Below, in pieces: positions 28,403 through 37,782 of a stretch of 64,000 bases of DNA. Under the pieces are notes generated by a model. It was given only the letters and a program-made list of their open reading frames with translations. It was not told the origin of the DNA and searched no databases. The stretch is taken from positions 262,226-326,225 of the forward strand of contig BQJP01000001.1 of the NCBI GenBank assembly GCA_021604765.1. Direction: 5' to 3'. A program made the translations under genes and the position numbers. How positions within the stretch are numbered: position 1 is the stretch's first letter; every line of letters begins with the position of its first letter. Source of the stretch: Thermodesulfobacteriota bacterium (GTDB lineage Bacteria; Desulfobacterota_D; UBA1144; Nemesobacterales; UBA2774).

Positions 28403-29563
28403 TTAATTGAAAATTTTTCTTCTCAACAACCTTCTAATTAATATGAATGCAGGAATGAACAAAAGAAGAGGGGCATAACTACTTGCCGCTCCAGGGCCGA
28501 CTATAGCGCATGAGCTTGAGCCACCACTTGAGTTATTCGGGTCGGGGTTAAAGTTGTCGACATAGATTATTATGTCAAAAGGTTCTGCTCCAAGAGCGCC
28601 CTGGTTCGAATTGCCAAAATCACTTATCACGGAGTTATTACCGGTACTTAGATTAACCCTGTATATCTCCCCCGAACTGTTTGTCCCGCCTGACTCATCT
28701 ACAACAAGAGCATTTTGTGGGTTCTCAAGCACTATTCCCTCTAAGTTATCTCCAAAATTGCTTATTATTTCCCTGTCTCCAGTGTCAGTGTCTACACTGA
28801 ATACAGCATTCAAACCAAAATCAGTAACTAGAGCTGTTCCAGGGTTTCCGATTGCCACGTGTCTTTGATCACTGCCCAAGGGGCCTTGAGAAGGGCTGCC
28901 AAAATCACTAAGCAGGGTTCTCCCACCAGAGCTAATGTCAACACTAAATAGGGCTCCGCGTGAGTTGGTGCCTGCTTCCGGATCAATCACAAGTGCAGTG
29001 TTGGAATTCAAAACTGCTACTCCAAATGGGTCAAATCCCGTTGGGCCTTGTGTGGAATTTCCAAAGTCGCTTACTAAATTCCTGAAACCTGAATTTACAT
29101 TCACACTACTTAAAGCACCGAGTGAGTTTGTGCCTCCGTCTCTTGTTACGACAAGCGCAGTAATAGAATCCTGCATAGCTATGCTTGAGGGATCACTAGT
29201 TAGAAACCCCTCTGTATTGTCGCCAAAATCACTAATGATTGTCCTTGTTCCGTCAGTTAAATTCACACCCAGCATCAAGCCCATTCCATCTGTTCCTGCC
29301 CCCATTTCAAGTACCAGAACGTTTTCGGTATCCCTCTGTGCAAGTCCTACAATTGCAAAACTTGTAGGTCCTTGGGACGGGTTTCCGAAATCGCTTATTA
29401 TAGTTCTCTGCCCGGTGCTCGGGTCCACACTAAAGAGGGCGGCGCTCGCATCTGCTCCGGCTCCAAGTGCTGTAACGAGGGCATCTCCCGAATTGGGCTG
29501 TGCCTGAGCAACGGTGCCTGCGAAAATTAATGTTATAGCTATTGCCGAAATTATTAATCTCAT
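28403..29563 (-). CDS. Secreted repeat protein of about 50 aa x 6 units (ISDFGNxSQGP motif) with a C-terminal TM plus basic tail.
   Basis: Signal peptide. Six DFG(N/D)xxQG repeats. The C-terminus is PLLLFIPAFILIRRLLRRKIFN. Confidence 0.5.
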   Translation of the reverse strand: MRLIISAIAITLIFAGTVAQAQPNSGDALVTALGAGADASAALFSVDPSTGQRTIISDFGNPSQGPTSFAIVGLAQRDTENVLVLEMGAGTDGMGLMLGVNLTDGTRTIISDFGDNTEGFLTSDPSSIAMQDSITALVVTRDGGTNSLGALSSVNVNSGFRNLVSDFGNSTQGPTGFDPFGVAVLNSNTALVIDPEAGTNSRGALFSVDISSGGRTLLSDFGSPSQGPLGSDQRHVAIGNPGTALVTDFGLNAVFSVDTDTGDREIISNFGDNLEGIVLENPQNALVVDESGGTNSSGEIYRVNLSTGNNSVISDFGNSNQGALGAEPFDIIIYVDNFNPDPNNSSGGSSSCAIVGPGAASSYAPLLLFIPAFILIRRLLRRKIFN

Positions 29564-29717
29564 AAACGTTTTCCTCCAACTCCTAGATGCTAAAAAAAAT
29601 TTTTTAGATAAGTGTTTTGTCCACTTTCTAATATTATAACTAAAGTTAAGAATTTAGTTGTAAACAGTGAAGCTCTCTTTTATTCTTGAACCTATTACAT
29701 CTATTTGGAGGGGATTA

Positions 29718-30212
29718 ATGAAAAGTTACCTTGCGGTATTTGCATTGTTTGTAGTTCTAAGTCTAGTTCTAGTTCCTGCATCTAAATCAACCGATATTAC
29801 AGATGAGTGTGTCATAGTTGAAGGGCTAGTATTCTGTGGCTCCAAGGATTGCAGAACCACTTCAAAAGGAGAGGTTGCCTGCGGTGGCAGATCGAAAGAC
29901 TGCCGCACTACTTCAGCTGGCAACGTCGCATGCGGTGGTTTATCTAAAGACTGTCGTACAACATCCGCCGGTAATGTAGCCTGTGGCGGATTATCCAAAG
30001 ACTGCAGAACAACCTCCGCTGGTAATGTCGCGTGCGGTGGATTGTCTAAAGACTGTCGTACAACTTCAAAAGGTAACGTAGCTTGCGGTGGATTATCTAA
30101 AGAATGCCGTACTACTTCCAAGGGGAATGTAGCCTGCGGAGGGATGGCTAAAGAATGTAGAACAACATCACAGGGTAATGTAGCCTGCGGTGGTCAGTGG
30201 AACTCGAACTGA
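29718..30212 (+). CDS. Secreted Cys-rich protein built from seven tandem 17-aa repeats (SKDCRTTSAGNVACGGL). Start revised to 29718.
   Basis: Signal peptide present. The 51-bp tandem DNA repeats are read directly from the sequence. Confidence 0.55.
   Translation: MKSYLAVFALFVVLSLVLVPASKSTDITDECVIVEGLVFCGSKDCRTTSKGEVACGGRSKDCRTTSAGNVACGGLSKDCRTTSAGNVACGGLSKDCRTTSAGNVACGGLSKDCRTTSKGNVACGGLSKECRTTSKGNVACGGMAKECRTTSQGNVACGGQWNSN
29841..30197 (+). repeat. Seven tandem 51-bp in-frame coding repeats.
   Basis: The units are nearly identical at peptide level but diverged at synonymous sites. Confidence 0.8.
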
Positions 30213-30312
30213 TCTATCACTTGTTATAACAACTCCGTAATTCACCTATACATTTTTTTTCTAGTTGTATAAAATATTCCAACTTGAGAATTTAAGGAGG
30301 ACGTAGATAGCT

Positions 30313-30972
30313 ATGGATAATAACGATTTCGAGAAATATATGGAGAAGTTTGAGTCCCTTGTGCCCGAGCTTCACAATCCATGGACTGAATACAAAGAAG
30401 AGGTTTTTAAAGAAGGATTAATTTCTGTTAAAGACAAGAGGCTTATCGCAGTTTCCTGTGCCCAAATTACCGGATGCGATCATTGTATTGAAGAGCAGAC
30501 AAAGCACGCAAAGGCGGAAGGTGCAACTGATGAAGAACTGGCTGAGTCAGTTTACATCGCAATTCGTCTGGCTATGGGCCAGCCATATGCGTTTAGCAGC
30601 ATTGCGCTTGAGAACTATGATTTGATGAAAGCTAAAGAGAGCGTTTTCAAGGGTTACTTCATTAGCAAGAATATCACACCTCAAATTCAAGATTTTCATG
30701 CAGTTAGCGGAGAGAAGCATAAGAAATTTTCAGCTTTTCATGAGATTGTTTATGAAGACGGCCATCTTTCCAAAAAACTTAAAAAAGGTCTTATGGGTCT
30801 TGCCACAGCTATCTTGGCAAAATGCCCGTGGTGCATTAGAAGCTGCGTGCGTGATGGTCTTACAGAGGGTGTAGTAAAGGAAGAAATAGTAGAGGCTATC
30901 AATATTGCCATGGTGATGAACGGATGCGCTGCAGTTTCACATGCCGCAGCTACGATGAAAGCAGCCGAATAG
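30313..30972 (+). CDS. Carboxymuconolactone decarboxylase / AhpD-like protein with two tandem domains.
   Basis: CAQITGCDHCIEEQ..H and CPWCIRSC match AhpD-core Cxx(x)C..H motifs. Confidence 0.55.
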   Translation: MDNNDFEKYMEKFESLVPELHNPWTEYKEEVFKEGLISVKDKRLIAVSCAQITGCDHCIEEQTKHAKAEGATDEELAESVYIAIRLAMGQPYAFSSIALENYDLMKAKESVFKGYFISKNITPQIQDFHAVSGEKHKKFSAFHEIVYEDGHLSKKLKKGLMGLATAILAKCPWCIRSCVRDGLTEGVVKEEIVEAINIAMVMNGCAAVSHAAATMKAAE

Positions 30973-30974
30973 GG

Positions 30975-31556
30975 TCAGTTTGTAGATGGATTGCAGATCT
31001 GACAGCTTTTAGTGTCATATTCAGTGTCCATAACTATCCCATTTTTATGCTGTGAAATACATGCGCAATCCACAAACATATCTTTTATCATCTCACGCCC
31101 ACGCTGTACGCGGGATTTCAGGCCTGAGTATGAAAGGTTCATCTGGTCTGCTATATCTTTTTGTTTAAGACCTTTTATGTCAGATAGTTCAAGTGGTACT
31201 TTATATTTATCAGGGAGTCTGTTCATAAAAACTTGGAGACACCCGGAGACGCAGGCTGAGTAGATGTCATCCGATGTTTCATCGATTGATGACTCTGTTC
31301 TTTCTTCATCAAACTCTGATGTCTCGAGTCTGTTTTTCCTATAGTAATCCGTAAGTGAGTTGCGCACTATCTGGTAAATCCAGGGGGCAAGCTTCTTTTC
31401 ATCCTTTAAATCACGAAGCTTGTTGTGGATTTTGATAAAGATTTCCTGGAGCAGATCATCGGCATCGTCTTTCTGCTGAACTTTCTTTAGAAGATAACCC
31501 CTTATCTGCGAAGAGAATTCATTCCATACATCATCTACATTGTGCTTATTTTTCAT
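30975..31556 (-). CDS. ECF sigma-70 factor with a C-terminal Cys-rich extension (CorE-like).
   Basis: Region 2 (LLQEIFIKIHNKLRDL...WIYQIVRN) and region 4 (KDIADQMNLSYSGLKSRVQRGR) are recognisable. The tail reads VDCAC...CQIC. Confidence 0.7.
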   Translation of the reverse strand: MKNKHNVDDVWNEFSSQIRGYLLKKVQQKDDADDLLQEIFIKIHNKLRDLKDEKKLAPWIYQIVRNSLTDYYRKNRLETSEFDEERTESSIDETSDDIYSACVSGCLQVFMNRLPDKYKVPLELSDIKGLKQKDIADQMNLSYSGLKSRVQRGREMIKDMFVDCACISQHKNGIVMDTEYDTKSCQICNPSTN

Positions 31557-31650
31557 TTTAAAATCTTTCCTAAAAGATTAGGGCACACACTATATATTAA
31601 TCACTATATATATAATGTGCACCCATATCCATTCAATTTATCTTTTGTGA

Positions 31651-31755
31651 TTAACCGCAGCAGCATTTACAGCCTTCAGTCTCTTCGCCGCATCTGCATG
31701 GGTTGCACTCACAGTTGGTGCAATCACATTTTGGGCTCTTTTCTTTCTCGCTCAT
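31651..31755 (-). CDS. Unannotated 34-aa metallothionein-like peptide with 9 Cys.
   Basis: MSEKEKSPKCDCTNCECNPCRCGEETEGCKCCCG. GGAGGT lies 8 nt upstream of the ATG. It sits immediately upstream of the ECF sigma gene on the same strand. Confidence 0.5.
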   Translation of the reverse strand: MSEKEKSPKCDCTNCECNPCRCGEETEGCKCCCG

Positions 31756-31920
31756 GTTTAATACCTCCAAAGTTTAGTTAAGCATTTTCTGCTCTCACCT
31801 ATAAAGACGAAGCAGGGCCAAAAAAGACGCAAAATTATATTTGTTCTGATCAGCAAATTTTCTTCGTTACTAAAGTGCTATATGCTACCATTTTGTTAAT
31901 TATAGACACTGATCAATCCG

Positions 31921-32280
31921 GTGGGAGGAATTATGTATACGTTAGAACAATTAAAAATGTTTAATGATATGCCGTTTTTGGTATTTGTGAAGGACGAAGA
32001 TCTCAAATACGTTTATGGAAACAAGCAGTTTCTGGACCTTGTGGGTTATGGTTCACTCGATGAGCTTGTGTGCAAGAGCGACCACGAGATGATCTGGAGT
32101 GGTTATGCAGACACGCTTAACGAAAATGACAGAGCCGCTTTAAACAGCAATGAACCGGTTAATACTGATGAAAGCTCAGACATACCGGGTAAGGGTAGAG
32201 TCGGGGCAAGGGTATGCAAGTTTCCTACAATAGTAGACGGGAAGAAATGTCTGATGGGTGTTGCTATCTTTCACGATTAA
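31921..32280 (+). CDS. Small PAS-like domain protein; paralog of 45039..45410.
   Basis: Shares the MPFLVFVKDEDLKYVYGN motif and a C-terminal CxxG(V/F)A motif with its paralog. Confidence 0.35.
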   Translation: MGGIMYTLEQLKMFNDMPFLVFVKDEDLKYVYGNKQFLDLVGYGSLDELVCKSDHEMIWSGYADTLNENDRAALNSNEPVNTDESSDIPGKGRVGARVCKFPTIVDGKKCLMGVAIFHD

Positions 32281-32323
32281 TTAGGGTGTCTTCTTTCTCC
32301 AGAGCAAAAAGCAAAAATATGAA

Positions 32324-33310
32324 TCAATTTGTCGTATGGTTGACGGGCGTGTGGCCTGAGCGTGCTTTCTTGGCTTTTCTTATAAGCTGAGGGTTGGGAA
32401 TAACAACTGTTATATCCGAGACTAAAGTCCATTCCGGGCCGAATGTATCCTGTTTAACTATAGAGTACTGTGCCTCAAAACCAATTAGGACGGGAACCTT
32501 GTGTATCTTGAATAATTTACTGACGCCTGCCCCAACAGGAACATTCCACTTATCTCCATCATTAGCTTTAAAGTCAGCTTTAATCGTAGGCCTGGTCCTG
32601 ATGTTCCAGCCATTACTAAAATGGCGAGCGATAAGATATTGAATCTCCATCTGATTGGTGTCCTCTCTATTATCATCACCCGCAAAAGACCACCAGATCT
32701 GTGGTGTGGCTCCTATGGTCCATCCTTTGGGGACATAAAATATAGTCGCAGCAGGCCCCACTTGCCATTTGCCCTGTCCTGTTACATTTTTTGTAGCAGT
32801 AGGGAGTATAAAAGTAGGTCCTAGCCCAATTTCTATATCTTTGAAAATCTCACGACCTAATACCGTTGCGAGAATAGTATCACCCATCCCGGTTCTGTGT
32901 TCGACAGTTAGACCTCTTATTAAAGATTCTTCAAATTTCGGCTGTGTATCTACAAAAGGTATTTGGGGCTGTAATAACAAGACCCAATTCCCCAGGGATA
33001 TAGGCAGTCTGGGCCTGAATGTAAGGGTGTTTGTCCATACTTTTTTGCCGATATCACCCGTGTTGTAAATAGTGTCATTTTCAAAATCCAGCCTCCAGAT
33101 CTTCGCAAGCGGATTGATAATCTGGGATGAAAGCTCTTGCAGACTCATTGAACTTGCAGTCTGGTTTTGTGCGTCTGAGCTTTGGCTATCGTCTGAGTCT
33201 TGCGCTGAAGTTGATGCAATCGGGGAAAATATAAGGAAGGATATAATCCAAACAAGTACTGAGCTATGAATTTTTATGTTCACTACCCAATCATATAAAA
33301 AATAACTCAT
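32324..33310 (-). CDS. Putative outer-membrane beta-barrel protein.
   Basis: Signal-like N-terminus followed by amphipathic alternating segments. Confidence 0.25.
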   Translation of the reverse strand: MSYFLYDWVVNIKIHSSVLVWIISFLIFSPIASTSAQDSDDSQSSDAQNQTASSMSLQELSSQIINPLAKIWRLDFENDTIYNTGDIGKKVWTNTLTFRPRLPISLGNWVLLLQPQIPFVDTQPKFEESLIRGLTVEHRTGMGDTILATVLGREIFKDIEIGLGPTFILPTATKNVTGQGKWQVGPAATIFYVPKGWTIGATPQIWWSFAGDDNREDTNQMEIQYLIARHFSNGWNIRTRPTIKADFKANDGDKWNVPVGAGVSKLFKIHKVPVLIGFEAQYSIVKQDTFGPEWTLVSDITVVIPNPQLIRKAKKARSGHTPVNHTTN

Positions 33311-33395
33311 GATTGCAATTATTTGTTTCAGCTTGCTCTATTGCTCAACAAATTGTATATATTTTGCAGAAACGGCATAAAAGGACTAAATTCAA

Positions 33396-33746
33396 ATGAT
33401 AAAATATATTGCATCTTTAACTCTTGTATTACTATTCTTTACGCTTATATCTTTCTCCGAAGAAAATTTAACTACATCTGGTTCAGAAGTCGATGTAGAA
33501 CTCGGAGCTCTTAGAGGCGAGATAGATAATATCAACAAGGATATACTTACGCTGCTTAACAAGCGGGCCGAGGTTGTTCTTGAGATTGGAAAGTTAAAAC
33601 AAGAAAATTCTATGGAAATATATGACCCCGCTCGAGAGAAAGAAATAGAAAAGAAATTGGTAGAACTTAATACCGGGCCGATGCCAAATGAGTCAGTAAT
33701 AAAAATTTTCAGAGAGATTATCTCTGCCTGCCGCGCACTACAATAG
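33396..33746 (+). CDS. Chorismate mutase (AroQ class) with an N-terminal signal peptide, probably periplasmic.
   Basis: LRGEIDNINKDILTLLNKRAEVVLEIGKLK...DPAREKEI...IFREIISACRAL matches the AroQ pattern. Confidence 0.65.
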   Translation: MIKYIASLTLVLLFFTLISFSEENLTTSGSEVDVELGALRGEIDNINKDILTLLNKRAEVVLEIGKLKQENSMEIYDPAREKEIEKKLVELNTGPMPNESVIKIFREIISACRALQ

Positions 33747-33752
33747 ATAAAA

Positions 33753-33971
33753 TTGACCTCTATGCTATATTCTCATCCCATGGCTAAAAAATCTCAAGAG
33801 CCCCAGATCACTCTGTTTAACATGCATATATGCCGAAAGTGCAAAGGTGAGCTGCTTGAGTCTAAGGTAAATGCACTTGAAGGCTGGAAGTTCTGCCCGA
33901 CTTGCAACAAGCACTATGACATAAAAAACAGCAAATTTGTGACTACAAAATTTAATAAATATTTGTTGTGA
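33753..33971 (+). CDS. Small zinc-ribbon protein.
   Basis: CRKC...CPTC motif. Confidence 0.3.
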   Translation: MTSMLYSHPMAKKSQEPQITLFNMHICRKCKGELLESKVNALEGWKFCPTCNKHYDIKNSKFVTTKFNKYLL

Positions 33972-34154
33972 AATAAAAAAAGAATAGCAACTAAATTCTC
34001 TTGTCCTATTATCTTACACATTTCTTCCTATAATTATAGTTTTTGTTACTTCCGTCCTGCCTAACACCCCTAAAACATTGTAATATTTCTAATGGCACAA
34101 AGATTGAAAATAATAAACTTAGTGATCTAATATATTCAACTTGGAGGCCTAGTT

Positions 34155-34544
34155 ATGACTGATGCAATTCATCCAAACATCGCACTTCTTCAGAAATTCG
34201 ACATTCGAAATCTGGATGCTTGTGCTGATATAGTTGCAGACAATTTTGTGTGGCACTTTTTTAATCCAAAGCTGCCCGTACTGCAGGGAGACTATAATGG
34301 TCTTGAAGAGCTTAAAGGCTTTTTTGCAAAGCTAGATGAAATGACCAACCATAGTTTTAATGTGACTCCAGTTGAGGCACGTGCTGTTGGGGATGAACTT
34401 GTTGTAGTACAAACCTGTAACCGCATAGCGATAGGAGGTAGTACAATAGAATTTGATGTCGTTGTTGTCTGGCGGTTTGTTGATGGGAAAATTGCTGAGG
34501 CATGGGACATTCCATCTGTTTTTCAGGTACGGAATGTTGAATAA
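34155..34544 (+). CDS. SnoaL/NTF2-like small protein.
   Basis: Size and a C-terminal VVWRFVDGKIAE pattern. Confidence 0.45.
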   Translation: MTDAIHPNIALLQKFDIRNLDACADIVADNFVWHFFNPKLPVLQGDYNGLEELKGFFAKLDEMTNHSFNVTPVEARAVGDELVVVQTCNRIAIGGSTIEFDVVVVWRFVDGKIAEAWDIPSVFQVRNVE

Positions 34545-34601
34545 GTGCCATATCCAACTTTGATGTATTCTGCTTTAAGAAGGATATAATGGAGTAATTC
34601 G

Positions 34602-35561
34602 ATGAAAACTTTAGTATTTGGTGCAGGCCCAATTGGTAGTGTCTACACACATCTTCTGAGTCAAGCGGGTAAGGACGTGACTATACTGGCAAGAGGGCAG
34701 AGGTACGATTTTATTAAGGCCAATGGTCTTGTTCTGGTTGATGAAGTGAGTGGAAGCAAGAGCGTTTCGAAGGTTCAGATCGTTAATCAACTGACGTCGG
34801 ATTGTAAGTACGACCTCGTAATTGTGCTGGTTAGAAAGAATAAGCTCTGCCTTGTGATTGAAACTCTTAGATCAAATGAAAATATCAAGAACATTTTGTT
34901 CATGGGCAACAACGCGCTTGGATTTGAGAACTACCTTAAGCACTTGCCCAGAGAGAAGGTCCTGTTTGGATTCCCTGGTGCAGGAGGCGGGATCAGTGAG
35001 CAGATAGTTCATTATGCTGACAGGGAAAAAGAAGGAAGTAAGCGGATAGGAATAACTATTGGTGAGGTTGATGGGGAGACAAAGGAGAGAACTATAAACG
35101 TTAAAAAGCTCTTTGAAACCAGTGGAATTCCCGTTGACCTTGTCGAAGATATTGACTGGTGGCTAAAATACCATATTGCATTGGTCCTGCCGTTGGGAAA
35201 TGCGCTATACAAACATAATTGTGACAGTATTGCGCTTTCTAAAGACAAAAAGACTCTTAGGATGATGGTAAGAGCTGCAAAAGAAGGGGGTAGGGTCTTG
35301 GAAGCTTTGGGATATACGAAGCGTTACCCATGGCGTTTCAATTTGTTTTACTGGTTGCCTGAAATACTAAATGTTATGGCAGTGCAAAAACTATTGGAAA
35401 GCAAATTTGCAGAAGTTGCATTTGCCATGCATGCCAGTGCGGCAGGGGATGAGATGAGCGAGCTCTCAGAGGAATTCCAGAGTCTAGTAGATAAGACAAC
35501 TGTGAAAACACCTAACATAGATGCTCTCAAAAGATATATTAACGGAGAGGGGAAAGCATAA
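34602..35561 (+). CDS. 2-dehydropantoate 2-reductase (ApbA/PanE family).
   Basis: N-terminal MKTLVFGAGPIGSVY...DVTILAR Rossmann motif. Confidence 0.6.
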   Translation: MKTLVFGAGPIGSVYTHLLSQAGKDVTILARGQRYDFIKANGLVLVDEVSGSKSVSKVQIVNQLTSDCKYDLVIVLVRKNKLCLVIETLRSNENIKNILFMGNNALGFENYLKHLPREKVLFGFPGAGGGISEQIVHYADREKEGSKRIGITIGEVDGETKERTINVKKLFETSGIPVDLVEDIDWWLKYHIALVLPLGNALYKHNCDSIALSKDKKTLRMMVRAAKEGGRVLEALGYTKRYPWRFNLFYWLPEILNVMAVQKLLESKFAEVAFAMHASAAGDEMSELSEEFQSLVDKTTVKTPNIDALKRYINGEGKA

Positions 35562-35635
35562 ATAAGAAAGATAATGACTCAAACATGGACTATAATAAAA
35601 TTAGTGATCAAATTTTTTAACTTGGAGGTCTGTTT

Positions 35636-36202
35636 ATGACTGGTCAATTAAACTGGTTTTGCGGTGGAATTGCCCTGGGATTGGTATTTGTTCTTGCGGT
35701 TTGGTTTGTTAAGCCGATAGGAGTTTCGACCCAGTTTGTCATATTTGATGGTATCGTCTGGAGTAAAATATCCCCGGGCCTGATAGTGGAAGATCCTGAT
35801 TCAAAGTCGGGATACACGAGTACAAATCCTTATCTGGATAAAAGCGGAGGTAAATATGCAAAGAATATTGCCAATCCGTTTAATTACAGTTTTATTTTTG
35901 TGATCTGCATTATATTGGGAGCTTTTATTTCAGCATTAACAAAAGGACCTAAAGCCTCAGTAGAAGACCGAATTGCGCCAGCAGTTTGGCGTAACAGGTT
36001 TGGCGGTGATCCGTCAAAACGATATCTTGCCGCATTTTTGGGTGGAGCATTAGTGCTTTTTGGAGCAAGATTAGCAGGAGGCTGCACGAGTGGGCATATG
36101 ATGAGTGGTATGATGCAGACATCTGTAAGCGGATATCTTTTTGCTGTAGCTGCCTTTGCCGTGGCAGTACCCACCGCAATTATTTTATATGGAAGAAAAT
36201 AA
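35636..36202 (+). CDS. YeeE/YedE family sulfur-compound transporter, half-size subunit.
   Basis: GARLAGGCTSG motif within a multi-TM protein. Confidence 0.55.
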   Translation: MTGQLNWFCGGIALGLVFVLAVWFVKPIGVSTQFVIFDGIVWSKISPGLIVEDPDSKSGYTSTNPYLDKSGGKYAKNIANPFNYSFIFVICIILGAFISALTKGPKASVEDRIAPAVWRNRFGGDPSKRYLAAFLGGALVLFGARLAGGCTSGHMMSGMMQTSVSGYLFAVAAFAVAVPTAIILYGRK

Positions 36203-36214
36203 GGAGAAAGCAAA

Positions 36215-36772
36215 ATGCAGATAATACTCGCAATAATTATAGGAACTTTATTCGGATTTGTGCTTCACAGGGTTGGAGCCTCAAACCCGCAGAGGATAAT
36301 AGATATGTTAAGGTTGAAAGACTTTCATTTGATGAAAGCTATTCTCTTTGGAATAGCTGTGGCAAGCTCTATACTTTTTGTAGGTATGAGCTTTGGAATT
36401 ATAGAATCATCTCACCTTTCAGTTAAGGCTAGCTATTGGGGAGTAATAATAGGTGGGCTAATTCTTGGACTTGGCTGGGCGATAGGTGCATATTGTCCCG
36501 GCACAGGAGTGGCAGCTCTTGGGGATGGGCGGAAGGATGCTATCTTCTTTGTTCTAGGTGGATTTGTTGGAGCACTAATATATATGCTTGTATTTTCGAG
36601 CGTAAAAAGTTCAGGTTTGCTCGAAAGCATTCTCGGCGGAAAATCTACTCTCGCACTTACGCAGTCATCATATCCTGCTTTAATACATACTATGCCGGGC
36701 ATAGCAGTTGCACTTGTAATTGCAATTATTTTCGGGCTTATTGCTTGGTTACTACCAAAAAGCGCCAGCTAA
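36215..36772 (+). CDS. YeeE/YedE family transporter, second half.
   Basis: GAYCPGTG motif. Adjacent to and co-oriented with the first half. Confidence 0.55.
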   Translation: MQIILAIIIGTLFGFVLHRVGASNPQRIIDMLRLKDFHLMKAILFGIAVASSILFVGMSFGIIESSHLSVKASYWGVIIGGLILGLGWAIGAYCPGTGVAALGDGRKDAIFFVLGGFVGALIYMLVFSSVKSSGLLESILGGKSTLALTQSSYPALIHTMPGIAVALVIAIIFGLIAWLLPKSAS

Positions 36773-36803
36773 TATTTAAACTAAATTTGACCAAAGGAAC
36801 AAA

Positions 36804-37295
36804 ATGAATCCAGTTCATTTACATCTTATGTTGAACCACATTCCTCTAGTTGGGGTTGGGTTTGTAATATTATTATTTGTTCTTGCTATATTCTTGAGAA
36901 GTAATCAGCTAATCAATATCTCTTTAATCTTTACAATTTTAGTAGCCCTATGGGCTATTCCTGCTCATCAAACTGGTGAATCTGCGGAAGAGTATGTCAA
37001 AAATTTGCCCGGTTACTCAGATCAATTAGTCCAAGATCATGATATAGCAGCTGATATATCTTTTATTGTCATTGAAATAGTGGGTGTTCTTGCACTGATA
37101 AGCTTGGGTGCACGAAGGTTTTATAAAAAAATTGCCCAGACACTAACGATACTAACACTCGTTGGGCTTATTCTAGGTGGAGTGTTATTAGCCAGGGCCG
37201 CAAATTTAGGTGGCAAGATCCATCATCCTGAATTGCGTCAAGATAATAGTGCTGTAAATTCACCTTCATACAATTCTGAAAATAGGCATGATTAG
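36804..37295 (+). CDS. Membrane protein with about four TM helices, hypothetical.
   Basis: Hydrophobic helices; RBS GGAACAAAATG. Confidence 0.35.
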   Translation: MNPVHLHLMLNHIPLVGVGFVILLFVLAIFLRSNQLINISLIFTILVALWAIPAHQTGESAEEYVKNLPGYSDQLVQDHDIAADISFIVIEIVGVLALISLGARRFYKKIAQTLTILTLVGLILGGVLLARAANLGGKIHHPELRQDNSAVNSPSYNSENRHD

Positions 37296-37320
37296 ATGTA
37301 TAACAAGATTCTAAAGAAAT

Positions 37321-37368
37321 AAAAAAAAGGAGCCAGTACTAATTGTACCAAGCTCCCTTTTGTAAGTT
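37321..37368. terminator. GGAGCC...GCTCCC hairpin flanked by an A-run and a T-run.
   Basis: Downstream of 37392..37739. Confidence 0.45.
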
Positions 37369-37391
37369 TTAAATTGTGACGTTTCTATGTT

Positions 37392-37739
37392 CTAGGTAGT
37401 TACTTTCTTTCTTCTCATTACTATAAATCCGACTATTCCTAAAACTCCAGCCATAGCAATTAATCCCCATTCTGAAAGAGTAGGTACATTGCTGATTTCA
37501 GAGTTTCCAAGACTAAATCCAGGACAGTTGCCTGTGTCAGTATTACAACTCTCGTTAATGTGAAATTGTATGCTTGTAGGATCTGCTATACAAACTTCTT
37601 GAGCTAAGTTTTGACAAGAACCAATAAACTGACAGCAACCTTCAAATGGAACAGGTTGTGTAAATGCTTTTTCATTCATAGCCATAAACAAAAAGCTGAA
37701 TACTAATAATGAAAGTGTGAAAGTTGATATAGTCCTCAT
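37392..37739 (-). CDS. Small Cys-rich secreted protein with an IPTL-CTERM tail.
   Basis: The C-terminus is VPTLSEWGLIAMAGVLGIVGFIVMRRKKVTT. Confidence 0.55.
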   Translation of the reverse strand: MRTISTFTLSLLVFSFLFMAMNEKAFTQPVPFEGCCQFIGSCQNLAQEVCIADPTSIQFHINESCNTDTGNCPGFSLGNSEISNVPTLSEWGLIAMAGVLGIVGFIVMRRKKVTT

Positions 37740-37782
37740 CCTAAATCTTCCGAGATTGCTTTCCGATTTGTTTTTATCTGTA

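Noticed and set aside
29841-30197. Regular 51-bp repeats that could be mistaken for a CRISPR array.
   Set aside because: The units are contiguous with no spacers and in one reading frame. They encode a signal-peptide protein. It is a coding tandem repeat.
32394-33269. Several + strand ORFs (32394..32642, 32621..32824, 32769..33068, 33072..33269) and one - strand ORF (32485..32685) opposite or within 32324..33310.
   Set aside because: They overlap a longer signal-peptide-bearing - strand ORF and lack ribosome-binding sites.
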